Shown here piece by piece: positions 1 to 8,703 of a DNA stretch of 16,884 nt (position 1 is the first letter of the stretch; each line of letters begins with the position of its first letter). Origin of the DNA: an uncultured Deinococcaceae bacterium (GTDB lineage: Bacteria; Deinococcota; Deinococci; Deinococcales; Deinococcaceae); contig CAXULY010000045.1 in NCBI GenBank assembly GCA_964252075.1, positions 24,334 to 41,217 on the forward strand, in the 5' to 3' direction. The notes under the pieces are model-generated. The model worked only from the letters and a program-made list of their open reading frames with translations, did not search any database and was not told the DNA's origin. The translations under genes and the position numbers were made by a program.

Positions 1-103
1 GCACGGGGGCGTGCGGACGGCCCGCCAGATCAGCTTTCCGGAGGTTCAGCACGCTGAACAGGAACGCGGTGCCGCCCCACAGGAGACCAGGTGAGGCGAG
101 CAC
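1..103 (-). CDS. 5' part of a hypothetical, possibly membrane protein (runs off the window edge)
   Basis: AAGGAGG RBS on the minus strand, then GTG at 103; open frame VLASPGLLWGGTAFLFSVLNLRKADLAGRPHAPV with a hydrophobic N-terminus. Confidence 0.4.
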   Translation of the reverse strand, partial: MLASPGLLWGGTAFLFSVLNLRKADLAGRPHAPV

Positions 104-219
104 GAAGCCCCTCCTTCAGCTGGGTCCCGAGCCCTTCTCGGACGGCCCCTCAGCCACGCGCCCGCCTTCATGGACTCATGGGCGAGCGCTGCGGGTGGAG
201 CGTTGGGTGGTGCGGGGGC

Positions 220-567
220 TCAGGTGGGGTCCGTCAGGATGAACCCGAGGCGCTGCGCGCACGCGCGGTCGAAGCGGTTGGGGGGCAGGCTGGGCGCGCG
301 AAGCGCGACGAACAGCGTGCCGTCGAGCTCCGCCATACAGGTGGTCCCCCAGGCGACGGCCTGCAGGCGCACCGCGAGCCGGAGGTCCACCGGCACCTGA
401 ACGCGGGGCGGAGGTGGTGCGGAGGACCGCAGCAGGTCCTCGAGCGTCCACGTGGCGTGCGGGTCGGCCTCATGCTCGGGCAGGGCGTGCCACCATTCCT
501 CGCGTGGGCCTTCCAGGTTCCAGCTGCGCGTTCCCGGATGCAGCCACACCACGGAGCGCCTCGTCAC
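220..567 (-). CDS. hypothetical protein, 115 aa
   Basis: AAGGAGG RBS just before GTG; GTGA start/stop overlap with the upstream ORF; protein-like composition. Confidence 0.65.
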   Translation of the reverse strand: MTRRSVVWLHPGTRSWNLEGPREEWWHALPEHEADPHATWTLEDLLRSSAPPPPRVQVPVDLRLAVRLQAVAWGTTCMAELDGTLFVALRAPSLPPNRFDRACAQRLGFILTDPT

Positions 568-776
568 AGGTCCTCCTTGAGGCGGTCGTGGACGAACCGG
601 ACGTGCTCGAGGGCGATGGTCGCCTCGAGGACCGCCACCGCGAACTCCAGACGCAGCTTCGCGTGCCGGTCCCAGGGCGCGGCGTTGTCGGCCTGCCGGA
701 CGGCTTGTCTCAGGTACGCGCGGGCGGTTTCGGGGCTGCTCAGCAGCCCCTGGAGCTCCGCGTCCGAGAGCCTCAC
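564..776 (-). CDS. hypothetical alpha-helical protein, 70 aa (VRLSDAELQ...KEDL)
   Basis: GGAGG RBS upstream; GTG at 776 overlaps the stop of ORF 773-973 (GTGA); its own stop overlaps the next start. Trimmed from the 564..917 track ORF. Confidence 0.65.
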   Translation of the reverse strand: MRLSDAELQGLLSSPETARAYLRQAVRQADNAAPWDRHAKLRLEFAVAVLEATIALEHVRFVHDRLKEDL

Positions 777-973
777 GACGTGATCGCCTCCGTTGAGGCG
801 GGAAAGGCGGAGCGCTGCACGAGGCGGAACAGCTCGATGGTGGTGCCGTGACTCAGCACGCGCCTGGCGCCCGCCGTGGCCTGGATGGTGACGAGCTGGT
901 CGTCTTCGCGGCGACATTGCGCGCCCACCCAGAGATCCTCGGTGGGTCCATGCTGCTCGGGTACGCGCTCCAC
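773..973 (-). CDS. hypothetical protein, about 66 aa, probably leaderless
   Basis: CACAAT (985-980) lies 6 nt before GTG at 973; the stop is coupled to the next ORF. Confidence 0.5.
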   Translation of the reverse strand: MERVPEQHGPTEDLWVGAQCRREDDQLVTIQATAGARRVLSHGTTIELFRLVQRSAFPASTEAITS

Positions 974-1474
974 CCCCACATTGTGGACTTTTCAGCTGGG
1001 TTGATTGGTGGCGCGAGGTGCGGCGCTCCCAAGCACTGGTGTCATGTCCTCAATGCCCTCAATCACGGCCTGCGTGATGGACGCGCCGATGCGGTGGCTG
1101 GGTTGGGTCATGCCGCCCGGTTGGTGCGCGGTCGCTTTGGCCGCCACCGACGCGTCGAGCGGTTCCCCTGCGTCGTGCCGCCCAGTCCGCTCCCAGGCGC
1201 GCCTGAGGTTTGGGGCTGCTGGGGGGCCGGTTCGGGCGAGACCAGCAGGGCCAAGCCCCCCGTCCGGCGGCGTGGCCTCGTCGGGCGCGTCCCTTACAGG
1301 CGGTAGGTGCGCTGCGCCCGCGTTCGCGCCGAGGCGCTCCACCCTGGGCGGATGGGGTGGTGTGTAGGGATGGTCAGCCGTGAAACGGGCAACTCCGGGG
1401 AGGGTGCCGCTGTTCGGGTTCGACCCGACCGGCACCCCGCATGGAGAGGGTCCGGCGGCGGCATACTGGGTCGC

Positions 1475-1900
1475 ATGCTGAATGCGCCGCGTCACCTGAT
1501 GCTTCAACGCGACGAACTGGCGCTGTTCGCCCTCACCACACACATCGGTCGCGACGGCTCGACCGCGCGCGCCCACGCACTGGAACTGGTCAACCTGGGG
1601 GTCCAGGAGGCGACCCTGGTCGGACTGCAGGTCCACTGGGTGCGGCAGGACGGCGTGAACCGCTGCGCCGAAATCTGGACGCGTCATCCGTTGCCGCCAA
1701 TCAGCAAATGCGTGCTGCTGCACGAGTCGGACCTCACGCGCCTGACGCTGGCGGCCGGGGACGCCTCCCTACACACGGACGACGGCCTGAGGCACGTCAC
1801 CCTGACCGTGGCGACCGCGGACGGACTGAAGGAGTTGACGTTCACGTACGAGAACTGGGGGAACTGCACCCCGCACCTCGCGGTGGAACTCTCCGTGTGA
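1475..1900 (+). CDS. hypothetical, probably beta-rich protein, 141 aa (MLNAPRHL...VELSV)
   Basis: GC3-rich codons; CATACT 7 nt before ATG 1475 (leaderless-type); the upstream part of the track ORF 1307.. looks non-coding. Confidence 0.7.
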   Translation: MLNAPRHLMLQRDELALFALTTHIGRDGSTARAHALELVNLGVQEATLVGLQVHWVRQDGVNRCAEIWTRHPLPPISKCVLLHESDLTRLTLAAGDASLHTDDGLRHVTLTVATADGLKELTFTYENWGNCTPHLAVELSV

Positions 1901-1976
1901 AGTGAAGCCCTGAGCTTGAATGGCTGGTGTGCCGGGCGTGGCATGTGGACGTCGCTGCAGGCGTCCCATCCTTTTG

Positions 1977-2018
1977 CCCACCCGTGGTCCGGCGGGTTAC
2001 AGCCGGACCACGGGTGGG
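1977..2018. repeat. perfect 17-bp inverted repeat with 8-nt spacer
   Basis: CCCACCCGTGGTCCGGC-GGGTTACA-GCCGGACCACGGGTGGG. Confidence 0.9.
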
Positions 2019-2933
2019 GGAGGTGTGCGGGCGCCGCCCCGCGTTCGATCAAGGGGTGAAGGCAGTCCGCCCGGAGGCGGGGCGCTGTCCGGGCGATGAT
2101 CCCGGACGAAGCCGTCCTGACCGCCCACCAGGACACCGCAGGACCAGGACACACGGGCGGTCGACCTGCGACGGAGGGCCCTGAAGGCATGGGAGGGTCG
2201 CTGCGGCGCCTGTTCCTGAGGCAACCTGTTGCCTCGGTGGAATGCCAAAGCCAGCGGTGGGCGGGCAGGGGAGGGTCCGGCGATGACCCCACCCGATGAA
2301 CCGCGCTGGGAGGCGCCAGCATCGCGTTCAGGTCACCGTCCATCGGCATCCCTGTGCCGGTCATGGCATGCGGACCGCGTTCGACCGCCGTCACGGCGGA
2401 CGCCCGTCATGGATGCGGCCTGCGGGGCGACGGGCTTCGTGGGAGGGCAGCGGGCTTCCCGGTGGGAAGAGGGCTGAACGGCTCCGCCTGTGCACGCCTC
2501 GAGCTTCGGCTGCATGCCCTGGACGTGCTGGGTGCGGGCGTCGAATGGCCCGGTGCGCGTCAGACCGGTGCCCGCTGGACGGCGTGTCTGCGCCCTTGGG
2601 CCGAGCAGGACCATTCGACTGGGTGGTGCACACCGCCGGCCAAACGCCACGAGGTGCTGCTGCGCCCGCGCCGTCTGCACGAACGGCCGGCGGTGCATCA
2701 CGGACCCGGTGGCGCCCCGCGCGTCCTGACGGAGCGCCATGAAGAAGTTGAAGCCGTGCAAGCCGGACGTGTGGATCCCCGCGCCACAGGCGGCCGCGCC
2801 GCGAACGGTCCCTCACGGTGCAGGAACGCTGGGTCGGACGCCGCGCGGGGTCGCGTGCGGTGCGCCTGGTGCGCCGCCGGCCAGGTGCAGGCGAAAGCTG
2901 CCCGTCACCCGGTGGGGCTCAGGGCGGAGTGGG

Positions 2934-3340
2934 TCAGCCGGGCGTGGTGCTGTGCGTCCAGTACGGCATCAGTGCTGCCATCAGGGCGGTGTGGTCGCGC
3001 AGGGCGCATGGCTTGTCCAGGAAGCCATCCGCGTGCAGGGTGGACGCACGCTGAACGTCGCGGTGCGGACGGGAGGTGCTGAGCACCACCACAGGGATGA
3101 CCTGCAGGGCCACATCCGCTTTGAGGTTGGCGGGACCTCCAGGCCGTGCAGGCCAGGCACGTTCAGGTCGAGCAGGATCAAGTGCCGCTGCAGGCCGGAG
3201 CGCAGGAGGGTGAGGGCGGCCCCGCCGCTCTGCACGGTGGTCCGTTCGTACGGCTGACGTTGCGAGGAGAGCGCCAGGCTGGTGAGTTCAATGTCCATGA
3301 GGTCGTCGTCAATGAGCAGCAGGCGGAAAGGGGGGCAAGC
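2934..3340 (-). pseudogene. single-domain response regulator (Rcp1/CheY-like receiver), frameshifted near 3133
   Basis: FRLLLIDDDLMDIEL...LILLDLNVPGLHGLEV, then after a 1-nt loss ANLKADVALQVIPVVVLSTS...ADGFLDKP...YW; acidic pair, phospho-Asp, S/T and KP motifs all present; start codon unclear. Confidence 0.85.
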
Positions 3341-3435
3341 AACACCTCTCTGGCGGGATGGCGAGACGCCCGGTGACCGACTGCATACCGCAGTGTGTTG
3401 AGCAGACCTTCATTCAAAGGTGGAGCTTCAGACCG

Positions 3436-3727
3436 TGCCCAAGGATTCGTCGGGCGCAGCAGGGGCGCAGACCACCCGGCCCATCGTGCCCGTCCTGCTG
3501 CTCGCGCTGCTGAAGGAGGGCCCTCGAGGCCCGCGTCAGCACGTCAGACGAACGGGACCACCGGACCTGCCGGCTTTACCGTCACTCCCGCTGCGGTCGG
3601 CGGGGCTGAACGGCCGTCTGAGCCTCGCGGCCCCGCCGAGGGCGCTCGAGTCGAGTGGGACCTGGGAACGCCGCGCTTCAAGACCGGTGAGTCCTGTCTG
3701 CGGCCCCGCAGGTCGTCACTCCAATAA
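3436..3727 (+). pseudogene. possible PadR-like winged-helix regulator remnant
   Basis: PVLLLALLKEGPR in one frame, GFTVTPAAV...AEG..VEWDLGTPR...TGESCLR in another; resembles PadR consensus segments. Confidence 0.4.
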
Positions 3728-3999
3728 CTCAGGTCCTCGCGTTCCAGGACCGCCTCGGGGGCATCTGCTGGTCGGTCCACCAGCAGCGTGGGTTTGGTGG
3801 GCGCATCCAGGCTCTGCACAAGGTCAGTCAAGTCTGGCCGGGTTTCGCGCCACGCGCGCGTCCGCTGAGATGACGGCCGTGCTTCTGCGTGTCCTGCTGT
3901 GCCGCCGACAAGGGGGCGTTTCACTCCTTGGACAGAACGTGGTGTCAGCGCCACTGCACCTTGCCAGGAGGCCGATGCCTGCGACCTTCGCGCAGGCGG

Positions 4000-4389
4000 T
4001 CACGACAGCCTGCTGCGGCCCGACAGGCTCAGGGCGTAGTGGCACGACAGCAGCGGCAGTCCACAGATCACGGCGGCGTCCGGGAGTTCAGCCAGCAGAC
4101 GCGGCGACTGAAACCCACGGCACAGCAGCGCCGTCAGCAGCGGGAGCGACAGCAGCACCCACCAGCTCCGGCGGGCTGTGCGGTCGAACTGCACGCCCCG
4201 CATCCAACGGGGACGCGGCTCAAACCAGAACTGCGTCATGGCGAAGGCGAGAGAGCCCAGCGCCGAGAGCCCGGTCAGCACCGCACGAACGGCGGGCGGG
4301 CACAGCGCCACAGCGGCCATGCCGAACAGCAGTGCGGGCACACCCAGCGGCAAAGGCCGCTCAAGCAGGTGGGTGAGGCGCCCGGGCAT
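4000..4389 (-). CDS. hypothetical integral membrane protein, 129 aa
   Basis: 3-4 hydrophobic segments; TATCCT (4400-4395) 5 nt before ATG (leaderless-type). Confidence 0.65.
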   Translation of the reverse strand: MPGRLTHLLERPLPLGVPALLFGMAAVALCPPAVRAVLTGLSALGSLAFAMTQFWFEPRPRWMRGVQFDRTARRSWWVLLSLPLLTALLCRGFQSPRLLAELPDAAVICGLPLLSCHYALSLSGRSRLS

Positions 4390-4609
4390 GCCTCAGGATA
4401 GGGGCAAGCTGAGGCTCGGAACAACGAATGACCCTTCGCACCTGGCCCACGATTGAAAGTGCATTTGCACACTCACGCTCGTTTCTGGCCAAGCAGTGAA
4501 ACCTGACCGACAAGGGCCTCGGTGGAGGGCCAAGGCTCGACGAAAGAACCGCCGCGAACCTTGAAACGAGGCAGACCCGGCGGGCACAGCGGACCGAATC
4601 TCCTGAAAC

Positions 4610-5090
4610 ATGGACCGCCGTGACGACGCAAGGTCGGAACTCGAAGCGCTGTTGCTGGAGTGATGGCGCCGCGCGGGGACGTCGAGGCGTTCCTCGCCCT
4701 TGTTTAAGACCGCCTGCCGGGCGAGCCAGGCCACGCCACGCGCGTCAACCATCTGAGCAGCCTGCGGCGGCACTGAAGCTGGATCCAGCAGGAACTTCGC
4801 TCGGTCTTGCACGCCTCCAGGGACGACCCGGGCGTCTACCGCACCGACCAGCTCTCGAAGCGCGCCCACGCACCCGCCACGGTGCACAACCACCTGGCGC
4901 GCGTGCGCCGCGTGTCCGGCGTGCTGATCGGGTTTGGGGCCAACGGCGGCCCCCATCCCTTCGCGGCGCAGACCCTCCCAACGAAGCATGTTGTGAAACA
5001 GCACGACGTGTCCCGCGGAGACGAGGTCGCGCGCCTGCCCAGACCACGGATGCGGAAGGAAGAGCGCCCGTGCGGCTCGGGGCCTTCGGC
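4610..5090 (+). pseudogene. tyrosine recombinase/integrase N-terminal (core-binding) remnant
   Basis: Broken frames give RGDVEAFLALV and LHASRDD..VY...L....HAPATVHNHLARVRRVSGVLIGFG....HPF...DEVARL; stops and frameshifts; no catalytic R-H-x-x-R-Y region seen; 3' end approximate. Confidence 0.6.
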
Positions 5091-5178
5091 GGCCTCACCG
5101 GCCGCCACCCGGGTCTGTGCTCGTCCAAGTCGATGGGCGTTCGGGGCGCCTGCGTGTCGGGTGCGGACGCCCAGGGCG

Positions 5179-5499
5179 CTAATGCAGGATGTGTGCAGGC
5201 GTGACGTTCGCGTCCGGTTGGGCGTCGCTCCCCGTGTGCAGGGCGTCCAGGTGGGCGTGGGACTGGGCGAGCAGGGCCTGCAGCCGCGCGTCGTCCAGGC
5301 CGAGGGCCTCGGGGTGGACCTCATCGGCGAACACCGTGACGCACAACGCCTCGACGGCATTCAGCCAGGTGAGCAACGGCGCAGGACCCTCCGGACCGGC
5401 CGGTGCGGCCGATCGCGTCCACGCCTGCGGGTGCTCCAGTGCGGTTCTGATGCGCATCACGTTGACGGCGATCTCCAGCCACACCTCTTCTGACGGCAT
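5179..5499 (-). CDS. hypothetical alpha-helical protein, 106 aa
   Basis: TACGCT (5510-5505) 5 nt before ATG; GC3-rich codons. Confidence 0.7.
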   Translation of the reverse strand: MPSEEVWLEIAVNVMRIRTALEHPQAWTRSAAPAGPEGPAPLLTWLNAVEALCVTVFADEVHPEALGLDDARLQALLAQSHAHLDALHTGSDAQPDANVTPAHILH

Positions 5500-6092
5500 G
5501 CTTCAGCGTAGCGGAGTCCCGGTCAGGTTGTGACCGGCGTTCCCGGTGTCTAAGGGCCAGTGGGTTCGGCCGTGCGTGGCCGCCCCGCCGCAGCCGCGTC
5601 AGGTTCCCTGTGCCGCAACTCGACCGCACGGCATCGTGGCTGGCCCATTCATCGGAAGGCGCAGTGGAATGCCGTGGCACAGGTGCAGCGCCACAGGCAT
5701 GGTCGATGGGTGAAGGGATTGGGTCACGTCCAGCGCGATCGGCTCGACTTCACCGTGTTTCGGCGTACCGCAGCGGACGTGTCCCTCGACGACCCGGCGC
5801 GCCCCGCCTGAAGCGGCAAGGCCCCTCATGTGGCTCACATGATGGGCACCAGCGGTGTGGTGGTCGTCCAAAGGGTGCGTGCGTCCGTCAGTTCCTCGTC
5901 GGTCGCTGCGTTACCCGTGGGCGCCGACCGGCGGCTCGGGCCACAAGGGCAGTGTCACGGTGATCACGGTCTCGCCGTCCACCCCTGCCCGCAACTTGCG
6001 GCCTCAGGGGCCAGCCGCGGACATACCGCCTGCTCGCCCCAGAACGCACATGTTCCCCTCTCGCGCCACGAGGGTGATTGCCCCCCTTGGTG

Positions 6093-6908
6093 TTACAGGC
6101 GGTGTTCCTGCACCGCTTGGTGCACGGTTCGCACCGTCGGTCGAAAGCCCAGGCGCCTCGCCAGGGAGCCGTCGGCGTGAAGGCGCCAGGGGTTCACCAG
6201 CGGCTCAGCGGACGGCGCGATCGTCCCGCCCACCAGATTGATCAGCTCGTACACAGAAGTCGGAGCGTCATCCACCACGTTCACGACATGCCCGTCCAGT
6301 GCGCCGCTCAGGGCGAGGCGCACGGCGGTCGCGATGTCCTGGTGGTGCACCAGGCTCATCCGCATGGCGGGGTGCCACCCCAGCGTTGCCAGGCGTCCGG
6401 GCAGCCCCTCGAGGTGCCCGTCCTGGTCGCCGTACACGAAACCGAAGCGCAGAACGGACCAAATCAGCCCACTCGCGCGCAGCGCCTGCTCGGCCGCGAG
6501 TTTGCTGGCCGGGTACGCGGCCTGGGGATGCGCGGCATCGTCCTCGCGGGCGGGGCGGGGGGTGTCCGCGTCGTACACGTTGGTGGTGCTCGCCAGGATG
6601 AAGCGCGCGTCCGGCGCGTGCTGCTGGACCGCCTGGATGAGGTGGCGCGTGCCGTCGACGTTGCTGCGCCAGATCAAATCGGTGTCGGGTGTGCGGAAGG
6701 CCGCGGCGAGGTGAATGATGGTGGTGGCGCCCATCACCGCCTCGGTGAGCGAGGCGGCGTCCAAGAGGTCGCCGGTCACCGCGGTGACGTCCGTGGGGAC
6801 GGTTCGTCCTTCGCGAACGAGGGCGCGGCAGGTGAGGTCCGCCTCCACAAGTCGAGGCAGCAGGCGGGCGCCCACCGAGCCGGTGGCACCAGTGATCAGG
6901 AGGGTCAT
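6093..6908 (-). CDS. NAD(P)-dependent epimerase/dehydratase (extended SDR), 271 aa
   Basis: LITGATGSVG Rossmann motif, IIHLAA, NVDGT, YPASK (YxxxK), LRFGFVYG; AAAGGA RBS; ATGA overlap with the upstream gene's stop. Confidence 0.95.
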   Translation of the reverse strand: MTLLITGATGSVGARLLPRLVEADLTCRALVREGRTVPTDVTAVTGDLLDAASLTEAVMGATTIIHLAAAFRTPDTDLIWRSNVDGTRHLIQAVQQHAPDARFILASTTNVYDADTPRPAREDDAAHPQAAYPASKLAAEQALRASGLIWSVLRFGFVYGDQDGHLEGLPGRLATLGWHPAMRMSLVHHQDIATAVRLALSGALDGHVVNVVDDAPTSVYELINLVGGTIAPSAEPLVNPWRLHADGSLARRLGFRPTVRTVHQAVQEHRL

Positions 6909-8490
6909 GTGAGGGAGTCCTTTCGGAAAAGTCGCGGGCTGGTCCATGCCTCCAGGGTTCCGCGGAGGCTGATGCTCCGGGTGCCACGAGCGCACAGGTC
7001 GCCGTCCGGGCGAACGAGGATCCAGTCCCCTCCAGTCGCGCACAGCGTGTCGTGGACCCGGTCGTCGGGATCCCACACCCCTCGGCCATCCGCATCCAGC
7101 CGCCGTCGACTGATCGTCACCTGTTTCAGCCAAGCGGGGAGGGCCTGGGGGTGAGCGCCAACCTCATTCTGCAGGCTCCCGGCGAACACGAGCAGGTGCC
7201 AGGCGGAGGCCCTGAGCACCGCACGCAGGGCCACCCAACCGGGCGATTGCGCATCGGTCGCGGAAAGCTGGGTGGGTCGCTGACCGGGCCGGGGACCGCC
7301 ACCGGGCCGGTCGTCCGGCACCGTGAGGGGGCTGTCAGGGTAAGCGATGCTCAGACCGGAGGCGTTCCAGATGAGCGGGCGGATGAAGGCCCGATCGGCG
7401 GTTTCTGGGTCTGTCGCGGTGTTACCCATGGCCGCGTTCGTGACGGCCCCGGTAGAGGCGAGCAGCGCCTGGGCGACAGGCACGCGTTCGGCGTCGGAGG
7501 TGTCGAGCAGCCCAACCTCGGCCTGACCATGGACCACCCTCGCCAGTTTCCACGCCAGGTTGTACGCGTCCTGAATGCCGGTGTTGAGGCCCTGCCCAGA
7601 CGCAGGGGAGTGGACATGGGCGGCATCACCCGACACGAAGCAGCGCCCAACATGCATGACGGGCACCGCGCGCTGCTGAATGGTGAACTTCGACACCCAG
7701 CTGGGGGTGTCCACGACGATGTCGCGTCCCGGCGCGTGCGACACCTTGACGCTGAACTGCCGCGCGATCTGCTCGGGGTGCTCCGGCGCCCCTTCGCCGC
7801 TCGTGTCCAGGAGCCGCCACTTGCCCGGATCCGGAAACGGGAACAGCATCAGCGCGCCGCCATCGGAAGGCAGCGAATGCAGGGCATCGCGCTCCAGATC
7901 GGCATGCACCATGGCGTCAGCGATCAGCCAGGTCTGGGCGGCCTCTCCGGCCAGTGGGAGCTGGAGGAGCTTGCGGACGGTCGAGTGCCCGCCGTCGCAG
8001 CCCCAGAGGAACCGCGCGCGCACGGCCTCCTGCCCTGCGTCCATGCCATCGCCGCGGCGCAGGTGGACCGTGACGCCTTCAGCGTTTTGCTGGAACGACT
8101 CCAGCCGCGTGCCCCACTCCACCCCGATTCCAGCCGAAGCGGCATGGCCGCGAAGCACCCGCTCGGTGATGACCTGATCGATGTTCAACATGTAGGGGAA
8201 GCGCGTCACGAGGTCGCCAAAATCATAGTTGGCGCGGGTCACGCGGTCGCCCTGATGGCGCACGAACCCGTTGACCCGCATACCGTGCGGCGCGATGTCG
8301 CCGAGCATGCCGGGCTGATCGTCGATTTCCAGGCTGCGGGCGCGGGTGGCCAGCGCGCGGCTGGTCGTGGCCGGGCCGGGCGCGGCGTCCACGAGGCGCA
8401 CCAAAACCCCCGCCAGGCGAGTTGCCAGGCCGCCATGAGGCCGACCGGGCCAGCCCCGGCGACAAGGACGTCAATCTGATGCTCTGTCAC
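6905..8490 (-). pseudogene. FAD-dependent monooxygenase (group A aromatic hydroxylase, FAD_binding_3 type), frameshifted near 8405-8411
   Basis: DVLVAGAGPVGL lies in a different frame (GTG 8490) from the body with GCDGGHS and GDAAHVHSPASGQGLNTGIQDAYNLAWKLA; span 1586 nt = 3n+2, break in a G5T4 run. Could be a sequencing error. Confidence 0.85.
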
Positions 8491-8703
8491 GATCCCAAAA
8501 CCCCCTTCGCGTCCGCCCCCTGTCAGGGGAGCCAACCTGACGCTTCACGGTGGTGTCGAGTGGACGAACGTGGTGTCGAGCGCCTTGCACACGGGGAGGG
8601 GTCGTGGTTTGCCGAGGGTGTGCACGCCACCCGGCATGACGCACCAGCGCGGTGCTGTTCCTGGTGTCGCCAACGACCGCAGACCGCAGCCGGATGGTCC
8701 AGG

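Noticed and set aside
44..59. Palindrome GTTCAGC-AC-GCTGAAC
   Set aside because: Short, inside a probable CDS, no other support
91..783. 230-aa plus-strand ORF and the many other long overlapping ORFs (e.g. 3420-4376, 6078-7154, 7052-8479, 8422-10128, 13432-14634, 14787-15893)
   Set aside because: Antisense or alternate-frame shadows typical of high-GC DNA; Arg/Pro/Gly/Ala-rich or opposite well-supported genes, with no family motifs of their own
992..1111. 39-aa minus-strand ORF MTQPSHRIG...
   Set aside because: No RBS or -10 signature; too short to support
3544..3954. 136-aa ORF with a coding-looking core (DLTDLVQSLD...EDLSYWSDDL)
   Set aside because: Only the middle looks protein-like; no credible start or family; may be an unidentifiable remnant
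5560..6060. Short ORF fragments on both strands
   Set aside because: No consistent frame or recognisable motif
8401..8411. Programmed -1 ribosomal frameshift in the monooxygenase
   Set aside because: The in-frame codons GGG TTT TGG do not form a canonical X XXY YYZ heptamer
8491..8703. Intergenic similarity (AAVCGRW vs AAAFGRW) to the 12392 gene, and an 11-bp direct repeat GTGGTGTCGAG
   Set aside because: Too short to distinguish from chance in GC-rich DNA
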